A DNA stretch of 64,000 nt from Octopus vulgaris (GCA_951406725.2 OX597831.1:40920001-40984000); one strand, 5' to 3'. Shown: positions 41,491-55,058, counted from the stretch's first letter. Notes: generated from the sequence alone by a model not told the origin. Numbers and translations are program-made.

Positions 41491-41674
41491 TTTGGTGATC
41501 GTCTCGCATCTTCTCTTCTCATTCCTATCCCCTACTGCAAAATATAATGGTTAGGTATGGAAATGACTCCAACAGGGCCAATGGTTCATCTGTAATAAAC
41601 ACAATGCGAAACATCCACTTATAAGTTGGCAATTAGTAGAAATTTACAATAGTTTGAAGTAGCCGTTGATACTG

Positions 41675-41745
<71 letters not shown>

Positions 41746-41917
41746 AAGAAAAAGAAAACGGAGACATTGAGATATAGACATCAATTTATTAGAACATATT
41801 CAATTCTAAACACACAAACTCACACCACCTACAATTGTTTCCACGCCAAATTAATTCAATATGAGAAATTAAATTAGATTAAGAGGATTTTATATCTTTG
41901 ATTTAATTATATATATA

Positions 41918-43134
41918 CGGAGACATAACAGAAGTAAATAGACACCCTTATAATTACTAAAATGTATTTAAATCTGAAATTATACATTCAAATTATTTAT
42001 TATTTATTATAATGTCAATACTTATTATTTAGTAGACGTGCCCTTTGCATTTTTCAATTCAGGGATGCTATAAAACACGCTCCTGATCAGATGACGAATA
42101 TTCTCTTCAGGAATTTCTTACCAAGTTTCATGTGGTAATCTCAAAAGATCCGGCTTTGAGGATGCGTTCTTGTTCTTTTTATGACGTGTCCTGTCCATTA
42201 TGTCCCAGACGTGTTCAATAGAGTTTATATCTGGTGACTGGCCTGGTCATAGAAGCTTTTTGATGCCATTCTTTTCCAACCTATCTTGGGTCGTTTTAGC
42301 TGTGTGACAAGGATTCCCATCTTCCATAAATAAAGAGTCTTCTTTAATCATTTCACCATTGGAGAAGATTGGAATGAACCCTTTCTGCAATATGGACATA
42401 TATTTACCTGGGTTTATGTTTCTATCACACTCTACCAACCCTGATTGACCATTGTTCCAAATTGCTCCCCAGACAATCACAAAATAGCAGGCCTGTTTCA
42501 TTGTTGGCAGCAATCTTTTCATGTCGAATTCTTGATCACAGAGTCTCCAGAACCACACTCGACCACTGTCAGAAAATACATCAGGGAATATGATAGTGTC
42601 CCAAAGTGCTGGTGGCCTTTCCACTCTTTTGTCCGCTTGATGTTGGCTGGTTGAAGAAGTGGCTTCCTTCTTCCTGCTCTGCCATAGTAACCAAGTTTGT
42701 GGAGATACCCGACAGCTCTTCTGGGACTGATATCAAATTGTTCTACTATGTCAGAGGACTTGCAACGAGGATTATCCTCCACACTTCACTCAACAAAGAG
42801 AAGGGTCCCGTCAGAGGGCCCCTATTGATCTGGATGAGGTGATGTGGATTCTTTCCCATCTCTGGTGGGAATCACTCTATTAGCTGTAGAAAGCAGGATC
42901 CCTAGGTTTTCTGCGGTTTTACATACACTAAGTTCACTTTTGGATTGCTCCACAATACGGCCTCTTTGAAATTCAGACAGTTAGAAGGTTTATTTTATAC
43001 ATGACATGATAGAATAGTCACATGTAGAACCAAAAGCATAAAAATGTCAATTAATAAAAGTACAAATCATTTCAAGTTAAAATAAGCATAGAAAACAGAG
43101 TTTATTAAGTGTCTATTTACTTCTGTCATCTCTG
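41918..43134 (-). mobile_element. Full-length but decayed Tc1/mariner transposon
   Basis: TIRs (cggagacataacagaagtaaatagacac/gtgtctatttacttctgtcatctctg) with TA flanks; motifs RRKPLL, VIVWGAI, FMEDGNPCHTAK, PGQSPDINSIEHVW; frameshifts and stops. Confidence 0.9.
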
Positions 43135-43147
43135 TATGTGCGCGCGC

Positions 43148-43203
<56 letters not shown>

Positions 43204-43382
43204 CAATTGTAGCGTGGAAGGTGTTTGTTTATGAGCCATTTAAGAAACACACAAAAACCGTTAGATTCACTTCAACATTTAAATTTAAGTCATCATTAAC
43301 CTTAATCATAGTTTTCTGTGTTAACCATAAACCACTTACAAGTTAATACGCGTAGTTGGTCAGAATACTCGGTGGAGCCAAG

Positions 43383-43570
43383 CATGACGAGATTATCATA
43401 TCTGGTAAGTTCATGGTTAACAATTCATTGCATGTAAAGTTCACCGTCATCAATTCACCGCTGGGAAAGTTTATCGTCATTAGTTCACCACAGGGCAAGT
43501 TCACAGTTATCAATTCACCGCACGGTAAGTTCACCGTTATGAATTCACCACAGGGAAATTTCACCGTTAT
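43383..43570. repeat. 30-bp tandem repeat (ggtaagttcaccgttatcaattcaccgcac), about 6 copies
   Basis: Direct reading; explains the periodic ORFs at 43343 and 43356. Confidence 0.85.
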
Positions 43571-43597
43571 CTGTTATAAGCTTAAATATATATATAT

Positions 43598-43664
<67 letters not shown>

Positions 43665-43668
<4 letters not shown>

Positions 43669-44728
43669 GAATTAACAAAAAAACAAAAGACGACGGGTGT
43701 GTAAACAACAAACAGATGTATTAGTTTAACGCTCGGGAAGTGAGAAAGTTTTTATGCTTCGAGCCTACGCTCTCCACAGAAAAGAACACTGAAATAAACA
43801 GGGACAGAAAATAGAAAAAGTGGTCTATCATGGTGAATGCCGGGCAGAGGGATCACACAGGAGAGCTATGAAGAAGTGGAGATAATAAAGTAGTGGTGAT
43901 CCCAAAACAAAGTTGCGCGTGTGTGTGTATGTGAGCGTGTATGTGCGTGTGGATGGGGGCTGGTGACATTGACGTGTGCGTGTGTGCATGTATAGGTGTG
44001 TGGATGATGATGTAGATGCTGGGAAGTGGTCAGTGCTAGTGTGTGCGCTGGCGTGGGTGCTGGGAAATGGTCAGTGCTAGTGTGTGCTGGGTGTTGTGAT
44101 GTGGTGTTGTGTGGTGGTGTTGAGGTCTGGGTGATGCGAGAATGGGGGAAGCAAATGTGGGGGTCTAAGGGATGGGATGGGGGATGGGATGTAGAGGGAT
44201 GGTGGGTTGGAATGTGGGGTAACGAGGGAGAAGGTGATGATCAAGGGAGAGGGTGGAAGGGAAAAGGTGGGTAGGAGTGACGAGAGGAAGTAGGTACCAG
44301 AGCAAGAGAGGAGAAGTGGGTGGGAGGAAGTAGGTGTGAGAGGAAGAGAGAAGAGAGGAGGAGGGTTAGATGAAGAGGGGAAGAGAGTTGAGCCCATCTG
44401 GCACAAAGGAGCAACGAGAGAAGATTAATCCCTGCTCACGACGAAGAAGTCCGGATGGCCCTTGTGCAAGGACAATCCGAACAGAGACAGGTGTTGTAAA
44501 GAGTGACCGGTAGAGCGGAAATGGCGCGAGACCGGGGTGTCGTTACCAAGTCGGATGTCTCGGGGATGTTCCGCGAACCGGTCAACGAAGCGACGTCCCG
44601 TTTGACTGATGTATAGAGAAGGACAGAGAGTGCAGGAGATACAGGAGATTCAGTAGATGACGTTGCTAGAAGTGCAGGCGGAGTCAGTGGTATGATAGGA
44701 TCGATGATGGGTGCCTGTGAGGAGAGAG
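43665..44728 (-). mobile_element. Penelope-like (Neptune-type) element 3' part: GIY-YIG remnant plus pLTR with HHR variant
   Basis: Minus translation 44385-44728 CTSSNVIY*ISC..LYISQTGRRFVDRFAEH..PVSRHF..GHS..RREQGLIF..PDGLN; motif CTGTGGA-gagc/gctc-GAAGC at 43750-43783; abuts (TA)n. Confidence 0.85.
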
Positions 44729-44761
44729 GCATACACACACATTTGTGTATATGCAACAACT

Positions 44762-45243
44762 GTTTAGGGTCGAGTTTAGAAGTTAATAATCAAGTATGAT
44801 ATTTAGGGTCAGATTTAGAGATTAGTAGTTTACGATAAAGTTCAGGGTCCAGGTGAAAGGCTAACAATCAACGATAAATTTTAGGGTCCAGTTTAGAAGC
44901 TGATAGTCAAGGATAATATTTAGGGTTAGGTTTAGAGATTAATAGTTCATGATAAAGTTTAGGGTCCAGGTGAGAGGCTAATAGTTAACGATAAAGTTTA
45001 AAGGTGTAATTTACAGGTTAGTAGTTAAGGATAAAGTTTTAGAGTCCAGTTTAAAGGTTAATAATTAAGGATAATATTGAAGAGGCTGGCTAGAGGTAGA
45101 TTAATAGATTAGGATAAAGTTTAGGGGTTAGGCTTGGGAGTTAATAGTTAAATATAATGTTTAGGGTCCAAGTAAAAAGTTTATAGTTAAGGATTATCTT
45201 ACGGTAAGAGCGTGGATCTGGATATTACAATTAAACTTGTGCT
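44762..45243 (+). repeat. About 39-bp tandem array (tttagggtccagtttagaggttaatagttaaggataaag) plus unique inner end; left arm of an inverted pair
   Basis: Reverse complement of 50208-50963, including the non-repetitive inner boundary. Confidence 0.85.
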
Positions 45244-45295
45244 TGTGCATATACTGTAACAGAAATTGGTAGGTCAGCTTATAACGTGTTTAGTA

Positions 45296-47720
45296 GTCTC
45301 TCTATATAAAAGTGAAATGGCCGAAAGTTGTATGTTTGCGGGTCTCATTTAGTGGTTATGCAGGATTCAATGGCAGTAGGCGTGCTCGGATTGCGGCGAA
45401 AATTTATAGGGACATGTAAAATGAGGCGAGGAAGCGACTGGACGAGGTTAGAAATCTCCATCTCCAAAGCTGTGGTTACTAGGGCAACAAAGCCCATTTT
45501 CGATCGATTCTGCAAGCTGTGGAGGTCGTGTTTTGTGGGCGATTTTAATAAAAAGCACACTTGCATAATCTACGGGCTCTTCTGTTTAATAGTTCGTCAA
45601 TTTTTTGTGGAAATTGTTGTTTAAAAGAAAAGATTTTATGTAGTGAAAAAAAAGTTATATTTTTAGTCGTATTACCATTTGCTTTTTTTGCTGCTTGCAT
45701 CTTCGATTTGTTCTGCATAAAAATTATACCACCTTGTAGGATTTGATAAGAAATATTTTTTGGATGTTGATTCGTTCAAAAATTCCGCCGATAAGTACAA
45801 AAATAATCAAGTTTACGGTTATTTTTTATTTTATTTTCTTGATTTAGTGGCACGAGACGGTAGGCGTGATTTTTTACGCGTTTCGCCGAGAAGGCTTATC
45901 GACTTTTTAATCAATGAAGCGTCAATAGTATCATACAGCATTTTTATTTTATCCTTACTAGCATGGATAGATTGGTCCATTATTAAAGCTGAATTACTTC
46001 TATTCCATTGCTACTTAGGCATCTTCAATCAACGGTCATAGAAATAAATGCCTCTCGATTTCTTCAAAAAAATTACAATGGTTTACTAATTCTTTGAAAA
46101 TTAATTTTTCAATGAGCTATATTTCTTCGTTTTATTATATTTTCACGTTTTGGTTAACACTTCACGTTTTTGTTAGTTGTTAAGCTTATTAACTCGGTGG
46201 AGACACATGGCCTAGTGGTTAGAGCAGCGGAATCGCGGTCGAGGAATCGCGGGCTGGAATCTCAGACCAGGCGATGTGTGTTTATGAGCGAAACACCTAA
46301 GCTCCACGCGGCTCCGGCAGAAGGTAATGGCGAACTTCTGCTGACTCTTTCGCCACAACTTTCTCTCACTCTTTCCTCCTACATATTGCAGCTCACCTGC
46401 GATGGACCGGCATCCCGTCCAGGTGGGGAACCTGTACGCTAAGGAAACCGGGAAACCGGCCCTATGAGCCAAGCGTGGCTCGAGAAGGAACAACAACAAC
46501 AAGCATATTAACTTAAGGCCTTATTTTTCATGCATTTTTAGTATAGTTATACGATATGCCAAACGAAATAAAGTCCTGAAATTTACCTTTTTTTAAAATG
46601 TGGTGGTTCGAGAATAGACCTGAATGAAATCGGGTTAAAAAGCTCATGATATGATAAAATTATAATAATCTAGGACAGTTTTAGCTGTCTCTCCTAAACA
46701 CGTCTCAAATCTTCTGGAACGCATCTCGTATATATCTACTACATATGTGGAAAATCGGTGTGTGTTTCTTTGTGGCATTGTTATGTAACTCCTCCTACAT
46801 CGTTTTATTGATTTTGATGAAACTTGACACGTGAGTAGAACTCATGACTGGAAAAATCGTGACATACTTAGATCGTTGAAAATATCGATAATACCGCCCC
46901 TGGGCGGGACCTTAATATTTACCTCATATAACTAATTTTTTTAATCAATCACCCAAGGAAAATAACCCATAGCATCTGCACAATATTTTTTTTAAATACT
47001 CAAGGGAAATACTCCATTTCATTGTTTATGTTTGATTACTATGAATATAGATTTTTGTGTGTCTAATTTCTAATTTTTGCAGACAATATCACTTTATTTG
47101 ACATGTGAATAAAACTCAAGTCTGGAAACCTCGTGACATACTTAGATTGTTTTAAAAAAATCGATAATAGGGCTCCTCCAATGGATCCTTCTATCTACTA
47201 CAATAGTTTTTGTGATGACAGCAATTATACATTTCCCAGATGCTTTCGCTAAGCAGAATAATGTCTTTGCCGCTTGACCCTTCTAACCTCTTCTAGACCA
47301 CCACTGGCTGGATTGAAGATAACAGACCTCCAGCGAAATCACTTGTTCTCAACAATATGTCTATCCTTCAAGCTGCTTTTCAATAATTATAAAAACAAGA
47401 GCTCCGTAAGCTAAAGGCAGTTACTGAGAGCGACCATCAGTGAATGTGAACGTTATTATTGCACGTTCTTCAAACACTTCATTCATATATTTATATAACC
47501 GCTCTCAACCAACCTCCGACAATTTTTCTCGCCAAGCTCCCGAAACTTCTCTCGCCAACCTCCAACAATCTCTTCCTCCTCCAGCTGACAGTTTTTTGTA
47601 CTTTTCAGTGACGGAAAATACACCTTTTGTGGCAGTTATAATGAAATTGCTTTCTTTTATCAAAGTAATAATGCGTTTCAATAGAACATATTTACCCCCG
47701 GGAATTACCGGGTAAATATA
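45296..47720 (+). mobile_element. Possible degraded non-autonomous Helitron(s)
   Basis: tctctctatataaaag and tctactacatat 5'-like starts (45296, 46735); hairpin cccgg-gaatta-ccggg near 47697; CTAG terminus not seen. Confidence 0.3.
46197..46500 (+). mobile_element. tRNA-derived SINE group C with (caa)n tail
   Basis: Head like the 7727 copy; tail ctgcgatggaccggcatcccgtccagg...ggaaaccggccctatgagcc. Confidence 0.85.
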
Positions 47721-47797
47721 TATATGCATGCTTGCATGCATGCATGTATGTATGTATGTATGTATGTATGTATGTATGTATGTATGTATGTATGTAT

Positions 47798-48305
47798 AAC
47801 ATTTCTATCGAGTTAGAAAACAGAGAGATCTAATGGATTCAAATTAATTTATTAATTAATCAACATATTTACCAACAATTGTTTCATTTAACAAACAAAA
47901 TTAAAATTAGAAAATGTATTTAGATATATAATTTTCCATTTTAAATACCTTGTATGGAAAATTATCAGGATGTATTTAAAATGCAAAATCATATATTCAT
48001 ATACATTTTCCATACAAGGTATTTAAAATGCAAGATTATATATTTATATATGTTTTGTAATTTTAATTTTGTTTGTCAAATGAAACAATTGTTGGTGAAT
48101 ATGCTGATTAATTAATAAATTTGTATCCATTAGATCTCTCTGTTTTTTTAACTCGTTAGAAATGTTTGATATTTTACGGTAATCTACCAAATATATTCAC
48201 TGAAGAATTATTGCTCCAAAATTTAATTTATTAAACCAGTGTATCTTGGAATAATATCCCCAAAAGAGGTTTGAATATCCCCATTGTGACTATATTGTGT
48301 GTGTT
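47798..48305. mobile_element. Fold-back PLE-type module (about 165-bp imperfect inverted repeat) with degenerate HHR
   Basis: Arms 47798-47962/48005-48166; minus strand CTGATAA...GAAAC-aatt-GTT; related to 53620-53720 and 56280-56450. Confidence 0.7.
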
Positions 48306-48871
48306 TGTGAGTATATATATATATATACATATATAATAACATAAATAATATATAAATATTTGTATATATACATATATGTACATACCTACATATATATGTA
48401 TATATAGATGAATATATGGGTACAGGACATCAAAAAACGTCAACAAAATGAGAAACGAGAACATAAAAAACAAAAGTAGAGAAAACGAACTTTTTTCGAA
48501 CAAGGAAAGAAACAAATAGAGAAACGAGACAGGCAACAGAAAGAACATTCACTTCATCAGTTGTCCCCTGTTTTGTCTACTCCGCGTTCGAAGGTAGGGG
48601 CAAGACGCGACTTCGTTAAAACAATCCTTCCCACAAAGTAAATTAAATAAAATTTGGGACCTTTTGCGGAGGGTTAAAGTGGTAACAAAAACAGTACAGT
48701 AAGAACAAAACAGTAAAAACAAACGGTGAGGGCTGTTTTATATATATATTGGCGCGCCACAACGAAGACTTTTGAAAGATAGACCCAAATGTAATTGGTA
48801 GAACTGTACACATGTTCAATCTCATGCGGACGTCTCCTGTATAGTTCTGCAAATTATATTTTACTATGACG

Positions 48872-48943
48872 ATCACACTGATGAGTTGCGGACAATTATG
48901 TAAGTAATAACCTAAGGGGTAACAACGAAACTGGGTTTATGAT
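48872..48943 (+). ncRNA. Type I hammerhead ribozyme motif
   Basis: atcaca-CTGATGA-gttg...caac-GAAAC-tgg-GTT-tatgat; stem I 5/6 paired; in a segment bounded by TA runs. Confidence 0.7.
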
Positions 48944-49103
48944 TAATCTTTATATTTTGTATCTTTTAATTTGTCTTGGTCGCTTGCGTTCTGGCGTTTG
49001 CTAAATATTCTTGAGAACAATACTTTCTTAGCGGTAAGACCATAGGGGATCTACTTCTAGCATAATGGATGTCCACTTAGTGGTCATCCCTCTTATATGT
49101 ATG

Positions 49104-49135
<32 letters not shown>

Positions 49136-50207
49136 TATATATACATATATATATATACATATATAATATACATATCTATATATACATACACATATATACA
49201 AACACACACACACACACATATATGTACATGTATGTATGTATGTATGTATGTATGTATGTATGTATGTATGTATGTATGTATGTATGTATGTATGTATGTA
49301 TGCACTGACCTAAACATAATTGTTTAAAGGCAGCGAATTGACAGAGTCACTAAGCCGTTGGAAGACACACACACACACACACACCTATATTCGTGATTGT
49401 TCCTCGAATTCGCGGTTGACGCTTCTCGTTCCGTCGCTCTATTTCTAGATCCTCGGGTGACTTTCCAGTCCAGTTACTATCGCTTCCTAAATTCGTCCAT
49501 ATTCCGGACACATTGTTCCACTTGATAGACCAAGCTTCCCTTCTTGCTCTCACCTCACTCTCATTCTTTCTTCCTCTCTCTCTCCCTCTCTTTTTCTCTC
49601 TCTCTATCTCTCTCGCCTCACTCCCAGATCTCTCTTTTTCTTTTCCGCTCCCTCTCTATCTATAGCTCCCCTTTTTTCTCTCTCTCTTCCTCTAGCTCCC
49701 TTTCTTTATTTATTTCTCTCTCCTCCCCTTGCTCTTTCTCTCTTTCTCTCTCTCCTCCTCTTGCTCTTTCTCTCTTTCTCTCTCTCCCACTCTCCTCACT
49801 CTCGGCCTCCCTCTTTTTCTTTTCATTTCCCTCTTTGTCTATATATCCCATCTTTCTCTCCCTCCCCTCTTGCTTCCTTCCTTTCTTTCTTTCTCTCTCC
49901 TCTCCTTTCTCTCTCTCTCTCTCTCACTCTCTCTCCTCATCCCGGCTTCTCTCTTTTTCTTTTCCTTTCTCTCTCTGTCTATATATCCTCCTATTTTCCC
50001 CTCTCCCTCTCTCTCTCTTGCTCCCTCTCTTTCTCTCTCCCCCCTTCTTTACATGTGTATAGTACATATGTATGTGTTCGTACTTATATACACACATATA
50101 TACACATGCACATACACCAATATACGTTTGATTTTTCCTGCATATATTTTGCAACTTTGGCGAACTACAGTTGCTTTGAAACACTAAACATTAAAACCAT
50201 AAAGATT

Positions 50208-50963
50208 AGCACAAGTTTAATCCTAATCCCTAGGTCCAAGCTCTTACCTTAACATAATCCTTAACAATAAACCATTTACTTGGACCCTAAACATTATTCT
50301 TGACTGTTAACCTCAAGCCTGACCCCCTAAATTTTATCCCTATCTATTAGCCTACCTCTGGATAGACCCCAAAATATTTTCCTTAATTATTAACCTGGAC
50401 CCTACACTTCATCCTTAACTATTACCCTCTAAACTGGACCTTAGTCTTTATCATTAACTATTATCCTTTAATCTAGAACATGAATTTTATCCTTAACTAT
50501 TAGCCTACCTCTGACTAGATCCCTAAATATTATCTTTAATTGGACCTCTAAACTGGACCCTACACTTCATCCTTAACTATTACCTCTAAACTGGACCCTA
50601 ATCTTTATCATTAACTATTAACATTTAATCTAGACCCTGAATTTTATCCTTAACTATTATCATACCTCTGACTAGATCCCTAAATATTATCCTTAATTAT
50701 TAACTTCTAAACTGGACCCTACACTTCATCCTTAACTATTAAACTCGAAACTGGACCCTAATCTTTATCATTAACTATTAGCCTTTAATCTAGACCCTGA
50801 ATTTTATCCTTAACTATTAGCCTACCTCTGACTAGATCCCTAAATATTATCCTTAATTATTAGCCTCTAAACTGGGCCCTAAACTTTAATCATTAACTAT
50901 TAACCTTTAATCGAGACCCTGAACTTTATCCTTAATTATTAACTTCTGAACTGGCCCCTAAAC
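50208..50963 (-). repeat. About 39-bp tandem array with about 158-bp four-monomer higher-order period; right arm of the inverted pair
   Basis: ctggaccctacacttcatcc recurs at 50395, 50553 and 50712; reverse complement of 44762-45243. Confidence 0.85.
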
Positions 50964-51019
50964 TATTGGTCTTTCCCTGCAGCCTAAACTTTTTCTTTCA
51001 TCTTTTTTTTCTATTTTTT

Positions 51020-51261
51020 ACTTCTTTCAGTCATTAGACTGTAGTTATACTGGGGCACCCCCTTGAAAAATATTGTAGTCGTATGAATCGACCCCAGTAC
51101 TTATTATTACTTTTTTTTTTTGTTAATCTTGTACTTATTTTATCGAACACATTTGCCGAACCGCTAAGTTACGGGGACGTAAACACACTAACATCGGTTG
51201 CCATGCAATGATGAAGAACACACACAGATACAAAGACACACACACACACACACACGCACAC

Positions 51262-51318
<57 letters not shown>

Positions 51319-51450
51319 GAGAGAAATAGGACAGGCTACTTTCAGTTTCAGTCTACCAAATTCACTCACAAGGCTTTGGTCGGCCTGAGGCTTATAGCAG
51401 AAGACACTTGCCGAAGGTGCCACGCAGAGGGACTGAAGCGGGAACCATTA
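51020..51450 (-). mobile_element. SINE group A
   Basis: Diverged reverse complement of SINE A. Confidence 0.8.
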
Positions 51451-51740
51451 TATTGAATGTTATCGATAATATCGCCACTGCCTAATCGTGAATATTAACC
51501 TTTAAATGTGCGTCTTCAACACGGACTTTCATTTTGACTCTAAAATTGGGCCCCAAACACTAAGCATAGGTAAAAAAAAAACTCCTCCCGCGTGGCTCTG
51601 TGTTAAAGGGTTTGCTTCCCAGTTACATGGTTCCGGGTTCAATCCCATTGCGTGGCACCTTGTGCAAATATCATCTACTATATCTCCGGGCCAACTAAAG
51701 ATTAGTGAGTGAATTTGGTCGATGGAAGCTGAGAGACGGC

Positions 51741-52665
51741 CATATATAATAATATAAATAATATATAAATATATGCATAAATACATAAGTATATGTACAT
51801 ATCTACATATATGTATATATACATGCGTATATGGGTACATGACATCAAAAAACTTTGAACAAAATGAGAAGTGAAAACATAAAGACAAAAACATAGAAAC
51901 GAACTTTTTTTTGGAACAACGAAAAAAACAGAGAAACGGGACATGCAACATAAAAAATATTCCCCTTCTTTAGTTGTCGCTGTTTCATGTACTCCGCGTT
52001 ACGAAGGCAAGGACAAAACGCGACTTCGTTGAAACAATCCTTCGCGCGAAGCAAATTAAATAAAATTTGGGATTTTTTGCGGAAGGTTAAAGTGGTAACA
52101 AGAACAGGACAGTGATAACAAAACAGTAAAAACAAACGGTGAGGACTGTTAAGCCAAGACGATAGAAAAATTATTATGAACGCTAGGAAGACGAGCTTTT
52201 GAGAGAAGACAGGTATAAGCACGCTTTGTCTTTAGGAAAGTAGTGAGCAGAAAGATAGATTCTCTTTCGTCACGTGTCAGCGACGAGAGAGTCGAGGTGG
52301 AGGAGTGAGAGAGGGAACGGTGAAGAGGAGAGGGGAAGAATAGGGAAGGGTAGGAGAGAAAACTAGAAAGGATGAAGAACAAGAGAGAGAGATATATATA
52401 GACAGATGAGAGATAGTAGAGATAGAAGAGTGCGCGCATCTTAATTATTTAGATAAAACTTACTTGGAAAAGGATGCGTGGCGTTCGATCATATAATAAT
52501 ATAAATAATATATAAATATATGCATATATACATACATTTATGTACATGCCTACATATATATATGTATATATACATGCATATATGGATACAGGACATAAAA
52601 AAAAACGCTGAACACAATGAGAAACTAAAATCTAAAAATAAAAACATAGAAACGAACTTTGGGTG
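51741..52665. mobile_element. Repeat with partial tandem (pLTR-like) duplication; second copy at about 48320-48735
   Basis: atataataatataaataatatataaatatatgcat start repeated at 51742 and 52490; body matches 48410-48735. Confidence 0.6.
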
Positions 52666-53231
52666 GGGGACAACATATATATATATGAATAATGAGGTTA
52701 AAAACCTCATTCAGGGACAGCAAAATCCTATGAATGTACTGGTTAGTTACCTATACAAAGAATGTTGAAAATTACAGTTAATACTCAACTGCAAGGTAAC
52801 TATATAAACCATGGTTTATATATATATATATATATTTATCATAAGATAGGAAAATAGAGAGATAATAAATAATTATTTAATAATTAAAAAATTGTCAAAC
52901 ATCCCTTACAGCTGTTTCAATTCAAGACCTTTCTTACGGCCGTTTCCGTTTCACTCTGATGAAGCTCCGTGTACTAGATCAAATATGCTATGAAGATGAT
53001 GAATATTAGTTTCGGAATTTCTTTCATAAGCACCGACTAAGATTGGAATCGGAAACGGCCGTAAGAACTGTTATGTCATGTTTTGTATTAAAAAATAGTC
53101 AACCGATGTGAGTCAATTTCTTTGTAAATCAAAAGTTTTCTCCATTTTCTAATTATTTAAATTACATATATATATACATACTTACATACATACATGCAGA
53201 TATATACTGATATATATATATATATACAAAT

Positions 53232-53262
<31 letters not shown>

Positions 53263-53263
53263 C

Positions 53264-53315
<52 letters not shown>

Positions 53316-53317
<2 letters not shown>

Positions 53318-53515
53318 TTATTTTATAGAAGGAGCTTCTACAGGACTAGAACTGTTTCATTCAAAAGAAATCATCAGGAAGGCTTCCTGATGATTTCTTT
53401 TGAATGAAACAGTTCTAGTCCTGTAGAAGCTCCTTCTATAAAATAAATTAATTTACTCTGCTATGTATTGAGTACCTTATTTACTGTGGTTAACCCCGAT
53501 TCAACCCGGGACCTA
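53316..53515. mobile_element. Perfect 133-bp palindrome with two head-to-head hammerheads plus short tail, in (TA)n
   Basis: 66-bp arms 53316-53381/53383-53448 around one central base. Confidence 0.85.
53382..53430 (+). ncRNA. Type I hammerhead ribozyme (mirror copy on minus at about 53334-53381)
   Basis: gcttc-CTGATGA-tttc(tttt)gaat-GAAAC-ag(ttctagtc)ct-GTA-gaagc; stems I and III fully paired, stem II 3 bp plus a U-U. Confidence 0.85.
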
Positions 53516-53519
53516 CATA

Positions 53520-53585
<66 letters not shown>

Positions 53586-55058
53586 CATATATCAGTGTGT
53601 ATGTGTGTGGTTGATAAGTTTGAAAATAGAGAGATTCAATGGATATAAATTGATTCATTAATTAGCATTGCTTATAAATGTATCACTTCACAACCAATCT
53701 AAATTACAAAACATATATAATATAAGAATATTAAAGACTATAAGAGACTATATGTATATTAACAAACTGATTTGATTTCATGACACGTTACTAACATTCA
53801 TACACACCCACACATGAATCAACTTAGACAGTAATCATCTACACACACACACACACACACACACGCACAAACTATTATGCATAAATTGAAATGGGCTATG
53901 AAAAGCCATGCTTATACATGTATGTGTCGTTATGGAAATATTCGATAACCTTTTACTGATATAGATACACACGCACTGATAAAGCAACTGAAGCAGTAAC
54001 GATCTATAAACGCGCGCGCGCGCACACACACACACACACAGCCTCATAGATAAACGATGACATCCATACTTGTATTCAATAACCTTATGCTCGGTGAAAT
54101 CTTCATCAGCAGGTACACCTTAGTTTAAATATATAAAACACGAAGCAATCAACTATATATATATATGTGGTGATTCCAGCACTCGGGCTGTTCGTGCTTA
54201 GCCCGAGTATAAATTTAATAAAGTGAATGTGTATTTGCAAGCTGATTTAATTTCTGCCACCACTCTCTTCAAGTATGTAATTTCAACCAGTAACTTGAGC
54301 TCCTTTTATTGAGCCTGGTCGCAGTTCATTTATTTTCGTTCAACGTCTGGAGGTCGTCTTAGAGGTGCCCTCTTTCAAAAAATATCACACGAAGCAGACG
54401 TTCTCTTGACATCGTTCATACGCGCCTGACTCGAGCTCAGAGGTTACTGCCCGAGTTGTTATCTGTAATCGTAAAAATTAAAAGTAATTCAAATTCAATG
54501 TTTTCTTGAAGCAATAAATTTCTATAGAGATTAGGATTTAAATTCCAATCTATGAAAAGTTTCCGTTCTACAATATTCTTAAAGGAACGAAAACTTATCA
54601 AGCAACTCGGACTAATATGAATGAGTCTGCTAGGTGTAAAAGACTAACTGGCATCTCTTGTCAAGAGTACAGGTGACAGTCAAATCGCTGATGTTTGTTG
54701 TGCACTCCGCTGTCGTTATTTGATTGCTGTTCTAATGTGCGTCTGTGTTTAAAGATCAGTTGTGTTTTGCAGGGTTGCTTTATTTTTTTACCCTTCACTT
54801 AGAAATGGAGAAAGACACAGTCAGTGCTAGATATGAAAAAAAAAAGCCATTTGGGGCCAGAAAGAAAGTGGGAGAACGTGAAACTCTTTGAGCAGGCGAA
54901 ATTCTTTGAGTCTAATGCACAAAATTTGTGATGAGCCCGAGTGATGCTGATGTCCTGGAGTCATCACCATCACTGGAGTCGTCTCTAATAATTATATACA
55001 TATTCCAGTAAATATTGGTGCCTTGTTGTACCACAAATCTGTATTTATATGTGTGTGT

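Noticed and set aside
44650-44652. In-frame UGA at a Cys position of the PLE endonuclease (selenocysteine?)
   Set aside because: It lies in a 9-nt local duplication within a frameshifted relic, and no SECIS was recognised. The UGA at 357-359 replaces the Gly of YIG and is also decay.
48545-48600. Permuted (type II) hammerhead in the 48320/51741 repeat
   Set aside because: Minus-strand CTGATGA is present, but GAAAC is damaged in both copies and stem I cannot be paired.
50208-50963. CRISPR-like or telomeric array
   Set aside because: Units are contiguous diverged tandem monomers with no unique spacers or cas genes; TTAGGG-like hexamers occur about once per 39 bp, not as a telomere tract.
52931-53067. 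Intact hammerhead at 52956
   Set aside because: The core and GAAAC-ggcc-GTA are present with an 18-bp inverted repeat, but stems I and II pair poorly; counted only as a weak relic.
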